DNA of 63,979 nt, the filler included, from a bacterium (GTDB lineage: Bacteria; JBBIVP01): NCBI GenBank assembly GCA_037439705.1. It is 8 parts of 8 records of this genome, joined end to end, with 100 filler letters (N's around TTAATTAATTAA, not from the genome) between each part and the next. Parts side by side here need not be neighbours in the genome. Positions count along the whole stretch, not along the records: positions 32,577 to 40,395 come from JBBIVP010000102.1; positions 40,496 to 48,292 come from JBBIVP010000103.1; positions 48,393 to 56,160 come from JBBIVP010000104.1; 5 more parts are not named here. The stretch is one strand, 5' to 3'. Shown here piece by piece: positions 38,400-50,113 of this stretch. The notes under the pieces were generated by a model. That model searched no databases, was not told where the DNA came from, and saw only the letters and a program-made list of their open reading frames with translations. Every line of letters starts with the position of its first letter. Positions within the stretch are counted from its first letter, which is position 1. Both the position numbers and the translations under genes were made by a program.

Positions 38400-39202
38400 T
38401 TTATTACCTCCATTTTTATTCCCACCATTACAGGACCCAGGATGTATATAAAGACCGATATAAAAATCAAAAGAAGAGGAAATATCATCTTCTGGGGAAG
38501 TTTCATGGCTCTTTCTTCAATTCCTTCAAAATACCTCCTTCTCATTTCCTGTGCGATTTCCTGCATAGTTGATGAGATTCCGGCTCCGGTTCTCATTGAA
38601 AATATCAACCTCTCTGCAAAATCCTCTACTTCCTCCACCCCTACCCTCTCTGCAAAAGAACGAAGAGCGGATTCCCTGTTTTCCTCCCACAGACTTTCTT
38701 TTAAAAATCTTTCCAGTTCCTTTTTCCATCTTCCTTTAACAGCAGAAGATGCACCCTTCAGTGATGTGAAAAAATCAGAACCGGCCTGCATACAAACAGC
38801 CACCGTTTCAAGAATGAGGGGAAATTCCTTTTTCACTTCCTCAATATACTCCCTTTTCTGCCTTCTCAAATGTAGGATTGGAGAAAAGAAAATCAGGAGG
38901 GAAAATGGGATTGAGATGAAAAACGGAAAAAATAGAGATGTGCTCAAAAATGACAGGAAAAACAGAAGCGAACATATACCCAACACCCCCTCTTCGTCCC
39001 ATTTCTCCTCGTGTGAATTTTTCAGCTCCTCTTTTATAAATGAAATCAGGAAATCCATTGTTTTTTTGGGAAGAATTTTTTTGAGAGGAGTTCTTGAAAC
39101 CCTTACAAGATCAACATTTGTTAATCTCTCAAAAATAAAATTAATAACCACAGATACAAAAAAGCCCAGTGAAATCATTGAAAGAAAAAGGAAAATTTCC
39201 AT
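38396..39202 (-). CDS. tadC: Tad pilus platform protein TadC (T2SSF domain)
   Basis: AVCMQAG, ALRSFAERVG, IEERAMKLPQKMIFPLLL; follows tadB. Confidence 0.85.
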   Translation of the reverse strand: MEIFLFLSMISLGFFVSVVINFIFERLTNVDLVRVSRTPLKKILPKKTMDFLISFIKEELKNSHEEKWDEEGVLGICSLLFFLSFLSTSLFFPFFISIPFSLLIFFSPILHLRRQKREYIEEVKKEFPLILETVAVCMQAGSDFFTSLKGASSAVKGRWKKELERFLKESLWEENRESALRSFAERVGVEEVEDFAERLIFSMRTGAGISSTMQEIAQEMRRRYFEGIEERAMKLPQKMIFPLLLIFISVFIYILGPVMVGIKMEVIK

Positions 39203-39978
39203 TATACATCACCTCCTACCATCTTCCACAATAAATAACCGCCGAGAAGCTGGAGGGATAGTCCAGCCGTGGAAAGGAGAAAACCAGTCTTTGAAAAGAG
39301 AAATGACTTTATCAATTGAAAATCAATGAGTGAAACTGCAAAAAGGATAAAAAATGGAAGAAAGAACATCAAAATTGCCTGAAACCTCTGCTGGGTAGCA
39401 AGAACCCTTGCCTTATCTTTTATTTTTATTCTGGTTTTTATGGATTGAGATAATACATCAAGAAATTTTGCCATACTTCCACCTGAGCGGGTAATGGTAT
39501 CAATGGATTCTGCAAAAATTATAAGTTCCTGATTTGGATACTTTTCTGAAACCTTTTTTATTGCCTTCACGAGCTCGCTACCCTTTTTTACTTCAAAAAT
39601 TATTTCTTTAAACACCTCTCCGAGAGGAGGATGAAAGGATTCAGCAACTCTTTCCATTCCAGAATATAAACTCATACCAGCCCTCATTGAACTCGCTATT
39701 GAATCCATTGCCGAAGAAAACTGTTCTTCAAAAAGTTTTAATTCTTCAACATCTTTCTTTTTCTTTATAATCTTTGGAACGAGAAAAAAGGAAAGAATAA
39801 CAAGTAGGGCAAAAAACGGTATCCCCATTACTAAAAATGTAAAAGCAGTAATTCCGCAGAGAACAAGATACCCTCTACTTTTAAGGAATGATTTTACCCT
39901 GTCAAAATAAGTTTCGAATAAATGCGAACCGAGAATATAAAGTGATAAAAAAATTGGAATTATGCCTAACCACCTCAT
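39202..39978 (-). CDS. tadB: Tad pilus platform protein TadB (T2SSF domain)
   Basis: FEEQFSSAMDSIASSMRAGMSL, PPLGEVF, SGGSMA, ARVLATQQRF. Confidence 0.85.
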   Translation of the reverse strand: MRWLGIIPIFLSLYILGSHLFETYFDRVKSFLKSRGYLVLCGITAFTFLVMGIPFFALLVILSFFLVPKIIKKKKDVEELKLFEEQFSSAMDSIASSMRAGMSLYSGMERVAESFHPPLGEVFKEIIFEVKKGSELVKAIKKVSEKYPNQELIIFAESIDTITRSGGSMAKFLDVLSQSIKTRIKIKDKARVLATQQRFQAILMFFLPFFILFAVSLIDFQLIKSFLFSKTGFLLSTAGLSLQLLGGYLLWKMVGGDV

Positions 39979-40395
39979 TCAAAAGCCTCCGGTGGAACCT
40001 CGATACCTTTCTCCTTTATCTTTTTTATGCACTGAGGGACATAACCTGTAAATTTGAGTTTGTTTTCTTCATGGTCATACAGATAAACTTCGTGCATCAC
40101 TATAACATCCTCTTCCATGCCGACAACCTCATTTATAGCCATAACCTTTCTTTTTCCATCTGAAAGCCTTGCTACATGAATAACAATGTCAATAGCGGAT
40201 GCAATCCAGAAGCGGACTGCCTTTAACGGCACCTCCATTCCTGACATCATAACCATCGCTTCAATTCTTGAAAGGGCATCTCTTGGGGAATTTGCATGGA
40301 GGGTTGTCATTGAAAAATCGTGACCTGTATTCATTGCCTGAAGCATCTCAAGAGCCTCTGCTACCCTGCACACACCAACTAAAATCCAGTCCGGT
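39975..40395 (-). CDS. tadA: Tad/Flp pilus ATPase CpaF/TadA, C-terminal part
   Basis: MLQAMNTGH..SMTTLHANSPRDALSRIE, RLSDGKRKV. Confidence 0.92.
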
Positions 40396-40495
40396 NNNNN
40401 NNNNNNNNNNNNNNNNNNNNNNNNNNNNNNNNNNNNNNNTTAATTAATTAANNNNNNNNNNNNNNNNNNNNNNNNNNNNNNNNNNNNNNNNNNNN
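40396..40495. other. Artificial contig linker
   Basis: N-TTAATTAATTAA-N, 100 nt. Confidence 0.99.
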
Positions 40496-41637
40496 TTAAA
40501 GTCCCTTTTGGCATAAAAAAACTGGTTCAAAATCCTTGAAAAGGCAACAGGAATAAGTCCGATTGTATATGCAATGAGGGCTGAAGATGTATGAATCACA
40601 TCAAGTGATGTAAATCTTCCCCATTTCAGAAAGAGGTCAATTATCTCCCGTGAAAGGATTAAAAGCCCGACCGATGCTGGAAATGTGAGGAAAAAGGAAA
40701 GTTCAATTCCATCCCTTAAGGATAGCTCCGCTTCTTTTATTTTATTCCCTGCTATCAAGCGAGAAAGTTCTGGAAGAATTACGCTGGTAACGGGAAATAT
40801 GAGGATTCCAAGTGGAAACTCAAGAAACCTGCTTGCATAATATAGATATGAAACACTTCCCTCTTTAAGAAGTGATGAAAACATTGTTATCACAACCAGA
40901 TTTATCTGATATATGCCAGCACTGAAGGCAGAAATGGACATAAGCCTCATAACCTCTACAGAATATTTATCCTTTATATCAAAGGTAAATTTTGGAAGAA
41001 ATCCCTTTTTGAGAAGAAATGGAATCTGAACGAGAATCTGAAGAACGCCTCCCGCCACAACTGACCAGGCAACAGGAATGGATGGTTCACTGACGCGTGT
41101 CCCCCAAAAAACTGCAAAGGCAATCATTGAAAGGTTTAGAAGCACTGGAGAAAAAGCAGGTGATGAAAAATGTTGAAGGCTGTTTAAAACTCCTGCAAAA
41201 AGGGCGGTGAGACTTATGAGGAATATGTATGGAAATGTTATTGCAACGAGACCTGATGTAAGAAGAAATTTTGAACCTTTAAACCCTGGAGCAAAAATTT
41301 TAACCTGATAGTCCGATGTAATTACCCCTATGAAAGAAAAAGAGATGAGAATCAAAAAGAAAAGGGTGAAAAAACTTTTGAGAAATTTCTCAGCCCTTTC
41401 CCTTCCTTCTTTCGTTAAAACATTTACGAAAACAGGAACAAAAGAACTTGTCAGGGCTCCCTCTGCGAAAAAGCGTCTGAAGGTATTAGGAATCCTGAAA
41501 GCCACATAAAAAGCATCCGCTGAACTTCCTGAACCCAGAACCCTTGCCATAATCATATCTCTTATCAGACCTGTTATCCTGCTCAAAAGGGTGAAAAAAC
41601 TCACAACTCCTGCTGAAAGAAGGCTTTCTCTCTTCAT
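40496..41637 (-). CDS. murJ: Lipid II flippase MurJ (3' truncated)
   Basis: TLLSRITGLIRD, ADAFYVAFRIPNTFRRFFAEGA, YYASRFLEFPLG. Confidence 0.95.
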
Positions 41638-42320
41638 CCAATTATTTTCCTGGGAAACTCAATCATTAACCTTTCCAGTTCACTCTCTCCTATCTCCTTT
41701 GCAAGTTTTTCCATATAACCTCTCATTTGCTTGCTGAATCCGTAATCGTGTGCGTCGGTTGCCATACAATCCACCAATCCGTTTTCAAGCAGAGCAAAGG
41801 CATTTCTCTTTATCTCGTTTCCATATAATCCGAAAAGGCTCCCTATGTTTAGCTGTATTTTATATCCTATCTCCTTCATTTTTCTTATCCTTTCAATCGG
41901 CTGATTTCTTTCAGGATGTGCAATAATTGGAATGTAGTTTTTTGAAAGACACTTCTCCATAAAAATTTTGAGTGCTTCATCAACAAAAGGAATCCACATC
42001 TCAACAAGGAAAAAATTTGAACTCTGAGAAATCGTTTTTATCCTTCCATCGTCAATCACTTTTAAAATTCCGGGTTCAAGCAGGTATTCACAGGAGAAGT
42101 GAAACTTTAAAGGAATTTTTTTTATTTCCCCATACATCTCTTCCGAAGGATGAATTTCTTTTTGAGAAGATGGATTCATGTGTGGAGTAAATACTATTTC
42201 ATCAAATCCACATTCTATAAATTCATTAAGGGATAAAAGCGTCTCCTCAATGGTCTCAGGACCATCATCAATAGGAGGAAAAAGGTGGTTGTGAAGGTCT
42301 ATATATCCTTTTTTACTCAA
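41634..42320 (-). CDS. CpsB/CapC-type PHP tyrosine phosphatase
   Basis: IDLHNHL.P.IDDGP, FTPH, IIAHPERN, ATDAH. Confidence 0.9.
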   Translation of the reverse strand: MSKKGYIDLHNHLFPPIDDGPETIEETLLSLNEFIECGFDEIVFTPHMNPSSQKEIHPSEEMYGEIKKIPLKFHFSCEYLLEPGILKVIDDGRIKTISQSSNFFLVEMWIPFVDEALKIFMEKCLSKNYIPIIAHPERNQPIERIRKMKEIGYKIQLNIGSLFGLYGNEIKRNAFALLENGLVDCMATDAHDYGFSKQMRGYMEKLAKEIGESELERLMIEFPRKIIG

Positions 42321-43461
42321 ACTCTTTCAGGATGCTTGTAGCAATTACAATTTTCTGAATTTCCGATGTTCCTTCATATATCTCTGTGATCTTTGCATCC
42401 CTGAAATGTCTTTCAACGCTGTTGTCTGTGATATATCCGTAACCCCCAAATATCTGAATCGCTTTTGTAGTTACCCACATCGCAGTTTCTGAAGCGAAAA
42501 GTTTGGCCATTGCTGCTTCTTTGGTGAATTTCAATTTTTTATCCTTAAGATAAGCAGCTCTAAGGGTTAGAAGTCTTGCCGCATCTATTCTTGTTCCCAT
42601 GTATGCTATAATTTCCTGAACCATTTCAAACTCGCATATATTCTGCCCAAAAGCCTTCCTCTCCTTTGAATATCTTACTGCCTCCTCAAAAGCTGCTCTT
42701 GCTATGCCCAGTGCCTGCGCAGCAATTCCTATCCTTCCACCATCAAGGGTTGTCATGGCAACTTTGAAACCTTCTCCCACCTGCCCGAGAAGATTCTCTT
42801 CCGGCACCCTCACTCCATCAAGAATAATCTGGGCGGTTCCTGAACCCCTTATTCCCAGTTTCTTCTCAACCTTTGAAATAATATATCCCTTCATCTCTTT
42901 TTCAAGAATAAATGCGCATATTCCCTTATGCTTTAGACTCCTGTCAATAGTTGCAAAAATAATAGCAATATCAGCCTGAGGACCATTGGTAACAAAATTC
43001 TTTGTCCCTTCAAGTATGTATTCGTTCCCCTCTTTCCTCGCAATTGTTCTCAAACCCACAGCATCACTTCCGGAATCTGGCTCGGAAAGACAGAAACATC
43101 CAAGCTTTTCTCCTTTCGCGATTGGAACGAGGTATTTCATTTTTTGCTCCTCTGTTCCATATCTCAAAAGAGGGTCAGAAACAAGAGAATTGTTCACGCT
43201 CATTATAACTCCGGTGGAAGCGCAGGCTGCTGATATCTCTTCCATCGCAAGGACATAGGAAACTGTATCAAACCCGGCACCTCCATATTTTTCAGGAACC
43301 ATCATTCCCATAAACCCCATTTCAGCAAGTTTTTTTATTATTTCTTTCGGGAAATACTCTTCTTCATCTATTTTTCTTGCAAGAGGAAGTATTTCCTTTT
43401 TTGCAAACTCCTCAGCTATTCTTTTAACCTCTTTTTGCTCTTCGGTAAGTTCAAACTTCAT
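42313..43461 (-). CDS. Short-chain acyl-CoA dehydrogenase
   Basis: FCLSEPDSGSDA, LDGGRIGIAAQA, QIFGGYGY, EIYEGTSEIQ. Confidence 0.95.
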   Translation of the reverse strand: MKFELTEEQKEVKRIAEEFAKKEILPLARKIDEEEYFPKEIIKKLAEMGFMGMMVPEKYGGAGFDTVSYVLAMEEISAACASTGVIMSVNNSLVSDPLLRYGTEEQKMKYLVPIAKGEKLGCFCLSEPDSGSDAVGLRTIARKEGNEYILEGTKNFVTNGPQADIAIIFATIDRSLKHKGICAFILEKEMKGYIISKVEKKLGIRGSGTAQIILDGVRVPEENLLGQVGEGFKVAMTTLDGGRIGIAAQALGIARAAFEEAVRYSKERKAFGQNICEFEMVQEIIAYMGTRIDAARLLTLRAAYLKDKKLKFTKEAAMAKLFASETAMWVTTKAIQIFGGYGYITDNSVERHFRDAKITEIYEGTSEIQKIVIATSILKEFE

Positions 43462-45663
43462 TTTTCTTCCTCCTTTTTATCTTTTTCCATATTGTATCTT
43501 TATTTTCCTCAGGGTAAATATAATAGTAGTAATATCTTCCCCTCCTTACAGGAACTTTGTTCATTATACATCCTGTGATATTAGCTTTTACATTCTTCAA
43601 AAGTTTTATAGCTTTTGCAAGATGGGCACGGGATGTCTCGTACGGCGTAATGATCAGAAATACACCATCAACTATTCTTGAAAGTATAAGAGCCTCAACT
43701 CCTAAAAGGATTGGCGAGGTGTCAATAAAGATGTAAGAATATAAATTCTTTAAACTGGAAATGATTTCTTGGGGCTTTTTTGATTCAAGAAGAACGGGAA
43801 TAAAAGAGTTTCTTGAGCCAGCAGGAATTATTTTCAGGTTTTCCTTAAATTCATAGATGCACTCATCAATTGGTGAACCAACAAGAAGGTCAACAAATCC
43901 CTTTTTTTCCTCTAAATTTGCCATTTTTGTCAGGTGCATTTTCTTCAGGTCAGCATCTATAATCAAAACCTTTTGAGTTCCTTCTGAAAAAACTTCTCCT
44001 AAAAGATGGACAAGTGTCGTTTTCCCTTCCCCTGGAAGGGGACTTGTAATTAAAAATGTTGATAATTTTTCGGATAAAGGTGAATAAAAAATGGTTGTTT
44101 TTAAAATTATTGCTGATTCTTTGAGATAATGCTCCAGTTTCACTTCGGATGAATTCCTGTTTGGCCTCACCTCTGGCAGGACACCAAATACAGAGATTTT
44201 GTAGAGACTCTCTATCTCTTCAGGAGAATTTATTGTATCGCTGAAATAATAAATTAAAAAGGCTACCATAAATCCGAACAGAAATCCTGAAAAAAGAGAA
44301 AAAAGGAGTATCTTCTTTTTATTCGGAAAAACTGGAAAGTTGGGGGGAACTGCCCTGTCTATGATTTTTATATTTCCAACAGATGCTGCTTTAGCAATTC
44401 TTACCTCTTCATATTTTGTGAGCAAGAATGTGTATATGTCTTCATTTACCTTTAGATTCCTTGCGAGCCTCAAAAGGTTTCTTTCCACCTCAGGATAGTT
44501 CTTTATCTCAAGTTCGTATTTATTTATGAACTCCTCAATTCCGTTTTTCCTTGCGGTAAGGGTTTTCTCCCTTTCCCTCAAAATATCCTTTATTTTCTCA
44601 ATAACTTCTGCCCTCTCAGCAGAGACTTCCATTACCTCAGGATGGTTCTCCGTAAATTTTTGAAGAAGGGAATACCTTTTTATATCAAGCTCAGCAAGCT
44701 TTGATGTGAGCGATTGGATGACCTGGTCGTCAAAAGATGAAGAAAGCACCTTTGATGGATCCTTATCCATATCCTGGATAGCCCTTTTTATCTGAAATAG
44801 TTCTATCTCTATTCCTGTCTTTTCTTTCTCCAGTTCCGAAAGTTTCTCTATAATTCCCTCAGCCTCCTGCTTATCTCCGCTATCCCAAACCTTTTCCTGA
44901 ACTCATCCATTTTCTCTTCTGATTCCTTGAGTTGCTCCTTGACCTTCTCAAGCTGAGAGAAAATGAAATCCATGGTCTGCGATATGTCCTCGGTCCATTT
45001 TTCTTTGTTGAACTCTATATAAACCTCTGCTATCGTGTTCGCGATTTCAGCAGATTTTACTGGATCCGTCCATGAAAAAAAAACTTTTATAAGGTTTGTA
45101 GCCTCTCCGATCTTCTCAGTTTTTATAGAATTTTTTATCTCCTTAACTATATCCTCAAAAGAGTGTTTATAAAGAAAAGCTTCTCCCTCTCCTCTGCAAT
45201 AGATGAATTCAATGAGAAATTCCTCTGGATTAAGTTTCTTTCCGTTTACAAAGGCTGAATGCTCTGTGCAGTTCTCTTTTACTACAAGCCTTATGGGAGC
45301 ACCAAGAAACTTTTCATCTACCTGAAGTTTTTTTATCTTAAATGTCAGGTTTCCCTTTATCTCCTTTAAATTTACATCAAGCATGCTTATTCTTGCTACC
45401 CTTTCAGCAATACTCCTTGACTTTATTATCTCCATCTCAGTATCCACTCTGGAGGGGCGTCCGTATAGAAATAGATCCTCAAGGAGTGTTCTTCTGTTGA
45501 CGGGCTCTTCAACCTGAATGATTGAAAAAGCGGTGTAGACGGGATGCTTTGAAAAAGAGTAAATGAGCCCTACGATCCCAAAAATTAAAACAGAAGAGAG
45601 TATGATATGCCATTTTAAAAGAATGATATTGAAAATCTCCCTGAAAAATGCCCTTTCTTCCAT
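43451..45663 (-). pseudogene. wzc: Wzc/GumC polysaccharide co-polymerase tyrosine kinase, split by a 1-nt frameshift near 44870
   Basis: N-terminal ORF has the Wzz domain (TEMEIIKSRSIA); the other frame continues QEAEGIIEKL... to PGEGKTT, IDADL, IDTSP and a YYYYY tail. Confidence 0.85.
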
Positions 45664-45666
45664 TTA

Positions 45667-46689
45667 CTACCTTCTTATTAAATCCCTTATGAGGTAGGTC
45701 TTCCACATTATATCAAGGGGGGTCATTATCAGGAGGTCTATGGTTGGCTTTATGAGTTCAAGGGTTTCGTTCCAGCTCGCAATTCCGGATTTTGAAACAA
45801 CCACTATATCTCCGGGTTCCACAAATACCCCTGCAAGTTTTAGAAGGTCTTCCTTCTTTCTCTTCATACTATCTCCAAAATTTACAAGATAGAACTCAAG
45901 GTTAAATGGAGCACCCTTAACAAGAATTATGCTGTTTCCAGCTGTCTTCTTTATCCCTCCTGCCAGGGTTAAAACCTTTAAAAGGGAAATTTTGTCTTCT
46001 TCAGAAGTTATTGCTCCTGGATTTCCAACCTCTCCAATAACATATACAGCCTGACTTTTCATATTTGGCACATAAATTATATCTCCGTCCTCTACAAAAA
46101 CATTCCTTTCAATCTCTCCCTTTTTCAGAATCCCGTAAAGATTTATAGGATATGCCTTTCCTTTCCTTACGAGATAGGCACATCCTAAGTAAGCGAACTC
46201 AGTTGGTCCACCTGCCAGTCCTAAAACTTCAAGGAGAGTTGCTTCTCTTGTTAGCGGTATCGCTCCCGGAGACTTAACCTCTCCAAGAACATAAACAAAT
46301 CTTGAGGCGTATGTTTTTATGGTCACATCTATGGATGGTTTCTTTAAAAATTTTGAATACTCCCTTTGAAGCAGTGCCTTTATCTCCTCCGTTCCCATAC
46401 CTTTTACATCTATTTCGCCCAGAATGGGAAGAACTATGGTATTATTTCTTGATACTGTAACTTCAGAAGACAGTTCCGGCTGATTCCATATAGATATTCT
46501 CAAAACATCACCGGGCCCAACTGCATATCCTTTTGTTTCCGGTCTCAATTCTCCTATTTGAAGCTCCAGAGACGGCTGGACGCTCAGGGATTCCTTTGGA
46601 ATTTTAACTACTGATGGCAGAATCTCTCTCCTTGCACACGAGAATAAAAGAAACATTGACATAATCTTTAACAGTTTGGTTCTATCCAT
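45667..46689 (-). CDS. wza: Polysaccharide export outer-membrane lipoprotein (Wza/SLBB)
   Basis: Lipobox LFSC; YAVGPGDVLRISIW, VYVLGEVKSPG, SLBB repeats. Confidence 0.9.
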   Translation of the reverse strand: MDRTKLLKIMSMFLLFSCARREILPSVVKIPKESLSVQPSLELQIGELRPETKGYAVGPGDVLRISIWNQPELSSEVTVSRNNTIVLPILGEIDVKGMGTEEIKALLQREYSKFLKKPSIDVTIKTYASRFVYVLGEVKSPGAIPLTREATLLEVLGLAGGPTEFAYLGCAYLVRKGKAYPINLYGILKKGEIERNVFVEDGDIIYVPNMKSQAVYVIGEVGNPGAITSEEDKISLLKVLTLAGGIKKTAGNSIILVKGAPFNLEFYLVNFGDSMKRKKEDLLKLAGVFVEPGDIVVVSKSGIASWNETLELIKPTIDLLIMTPLDIMWKTYLIRDLIRR

Positions 46690-46739
46690 TTTAAATTCTG
46701 TTTTTTCTTATACCACAATATTATAGTCTATACAAAAAC

Positions 46740-48292
<1,553 letters not shown>

Positions 48293-48392
48293 NNNNNNNN
48301 NNNNNNNNNNNNNNNNNNNNNNNNNNNNNNNNNNNNTTAATTAATTAANNNNNNNNNNNNNNNNNNNNNNNNNNNNNNNNNNNNNNNNNNNN
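48293..48392. other. Artificial contig linker
   Basis: N-TTAATTAATTAA-N, 100 nt. Confidence 0.99.
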
Positions 48393-48448
48393 TTTAAAGA
48401 GAACACAATGGTCAGGGGAAACCCATTATGGAATCCGGAGGAATGGAA

Positions 48449-49813
48449 ATGAAGAGAAAAATTTTAATAACCATTCTTTTCCTTCCCTTAAATGTAATGG
48501 CGCAGGAGAAGTATCTTGAAGTAAACGCTCAGGTTCAGAATGTGGGACTTTTCAGAACTGATAGCGATTTTGATAATACGGAGCCCTATTATAATCCCTC
48601 TGGACAGACAGTTGGATTTTTTGGAACATTTTTCAGACCCGCAATAACATTGAATGTAAAAGATGTGATAAGTCTCTATTATGAGGTTGAGGTTGGTCTT
48701 AATATATGGAGCAGAAATAGCCTTGAGCAAATATACGGAGAAACAAGAGATACCATTTCTATAAAGCACAGGCAGATATATGGAGAAGGGAAATTTAGAA
48801 GGAATTTGAGTTTCAGGATAGGTTATCAATACTTCAATGACCCCACGGGTTTGTTAATAAATCACTGGCTCGGTGGAGCGAGGTTTGAAATAGAAAATCA
48901 AGTCATTCCTATTGATATTTTTATAGGCCAATTTCCTGACCAGACTTATGAAGGGTGGGAAATAAATAATAACAACTTCACTCAGGACAGATTTGTTTTT
49001 TCAATTTCAGGGGTTAAAAAAATTGGTGAATGGGCATTAAATCCGGGAATTGTCGGATTCTATGATGGTGTGTATGTTAGAAAGCAGATGTGGCTTTTAT
49101 CTCCTGTCTTGAATATAAGTAGAAAAGAAAAGGAATGGGAAGGAGGAGTTGATATTCTATTTGAGGGTGGGAGAACAAATCATGGAGCATATAATGGTGA
49201 AGATGAGACCCATCTTGGAGGAGGTATACAGGTTTATTATAGAAAAGGGCTTGCTATGGAAGGATTTGGAACAGCAGTCGGTGGAAAGGTTATTCCTGGT
49301 ATGGTGGAGGAAAATGGTTATAAATGGGGATGGGGATTGAGTCTAATTCTTTTGAGTCCTGATGACCATCTCTATCACAATGGGACAAACTTCGGGTTTT
49401 TCTATTCTGGAAGGTCAAGGAGTCCAACCCTCATTTTAACTGAGGATGAGTTCAGAGATAGAGGGGACAATCTTGATGAGAGAAGTGGCGAATTTGATAC
49501 ATTTTATCTTATGAGGGCAGGTGTTGGAATCGTTGATGGAAGTTTATATTACAAACTGAAGGACAATTTGATGCTTGCAGGGATTCTTGGAAATGCAGTT
49601 GTTCTTAACAAAAGAAATGCACTTGGCGAGATTTATTTTGGAACAGAATTTGATGCAATTTTGAGGTGGACGATTTCTTCAAACATTGTATTTGACATAG
49701 TAAACACCCTCTTTGTGCCGGGTAAAGGGGCAAGTGCTTTTGTTAACAATATAGATAAAACAAAGGCAGTTCCCCAGTATATGCTTGAGATATCCCTCAA
49801 CGCATTTTTCTAA
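48449..49813 (+). CDS. Outer-membrane beta-barrel protein (porin/alginate-export-like)
   Basis: Signal peptide ending VMA-Q, amphipathic beta strands, YFGTEFD, C-terminal Phe; GGAGG before ATG 48449. Confidence 0.75.
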   Translation: MKRKILITILFLPLNVMAQEKYLEVNAQVQNVGLFRTDSDFDNTEPYYNPSGQTVGFFGTFFRPAITLNVKDVISLYYEVEVGLNIWSRNSLEQIYGETRDTISIKHRQIYGEGKFRRNLSFRIGYQYFNDPTGLLINHWLGGARFEIENQVIPIDIFIGQFPDQTYEGWEINNNNFTQDRFVFSISGVKKIGEWALNPGIVGFYDGVYVRKQMWLLSPVLNISRKEKEWEGGVDILFEGGRTNHGAYNGEDETHLGGGIQVYYRKGLAMEGFGTAVGGKVIPGMVEENGYKWGWGLSLILLSPDDHLYHNGTNFGFFYSGRSRSPTLILTEDEFRDRGDNLDERSGEFDTFYLMRAGVGIVDGSLYYKLKDNLMLAGILGNAVVLNKRNALGEIYFGTEFDAILRWTISSNIVFDIVNTLFVPGKGASAFVNNIDKTKAVPQYMLEISLNAFF

Positions 49814-49897
49814 CTAGATTCAGATATAAAATCTTTTTCGGTTAAGAAATGGACGCTGATTTGACAGAGTTGAGCAATATGATAAATTTAAATCATA

Positions 49898-50113
49898 ATG
49901 AAAAAAGCAAAAGTTTCTGCATACTCCGGATACAGGGCAGAGGAAAAGCCAAGGAGGTTTGAATACAAGGGAGAGGAAATTTCTGTAAGCGAAATAATTT
50001 ATCAATGGAGGGATGAGGATGGGTGGGGATTTGTTGTTATAGGCGATGATGAGAAAAAATATCGTTTAAAGTACATTCAAACTGATGATTGCTGGACAGT
50101 AGAAGAAAAATGA
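49898..50113 (+). CDS. Small hypothetical protein
   Basis: VSAYSGYRAEEKPRRF..QW..YRLKY..W; ATGA-coupled to hemE; TTGACA upstream at 49861. Confidence 0.75.
   Translation: MKKAKVSAYSGYRAEEKPRRFEYKGEEISVSEIIYQWRDEDGWGFVVIGDDEKKYRLKYIQTDDCWTVEEK

Noticed and set aside
38253-39329. 358-aa plus-strand ORF
   Set aside because: Antisense to tadC and its neighbours; Ser/Ile/Phe-rich mirror with no motifs
40350-40395. TadA Walker B reading ILVGVCRVAEA instead of the usual IIVGExRGxEA
   Set aside because: Within 45 nt of a contig end, where base quality is suspect
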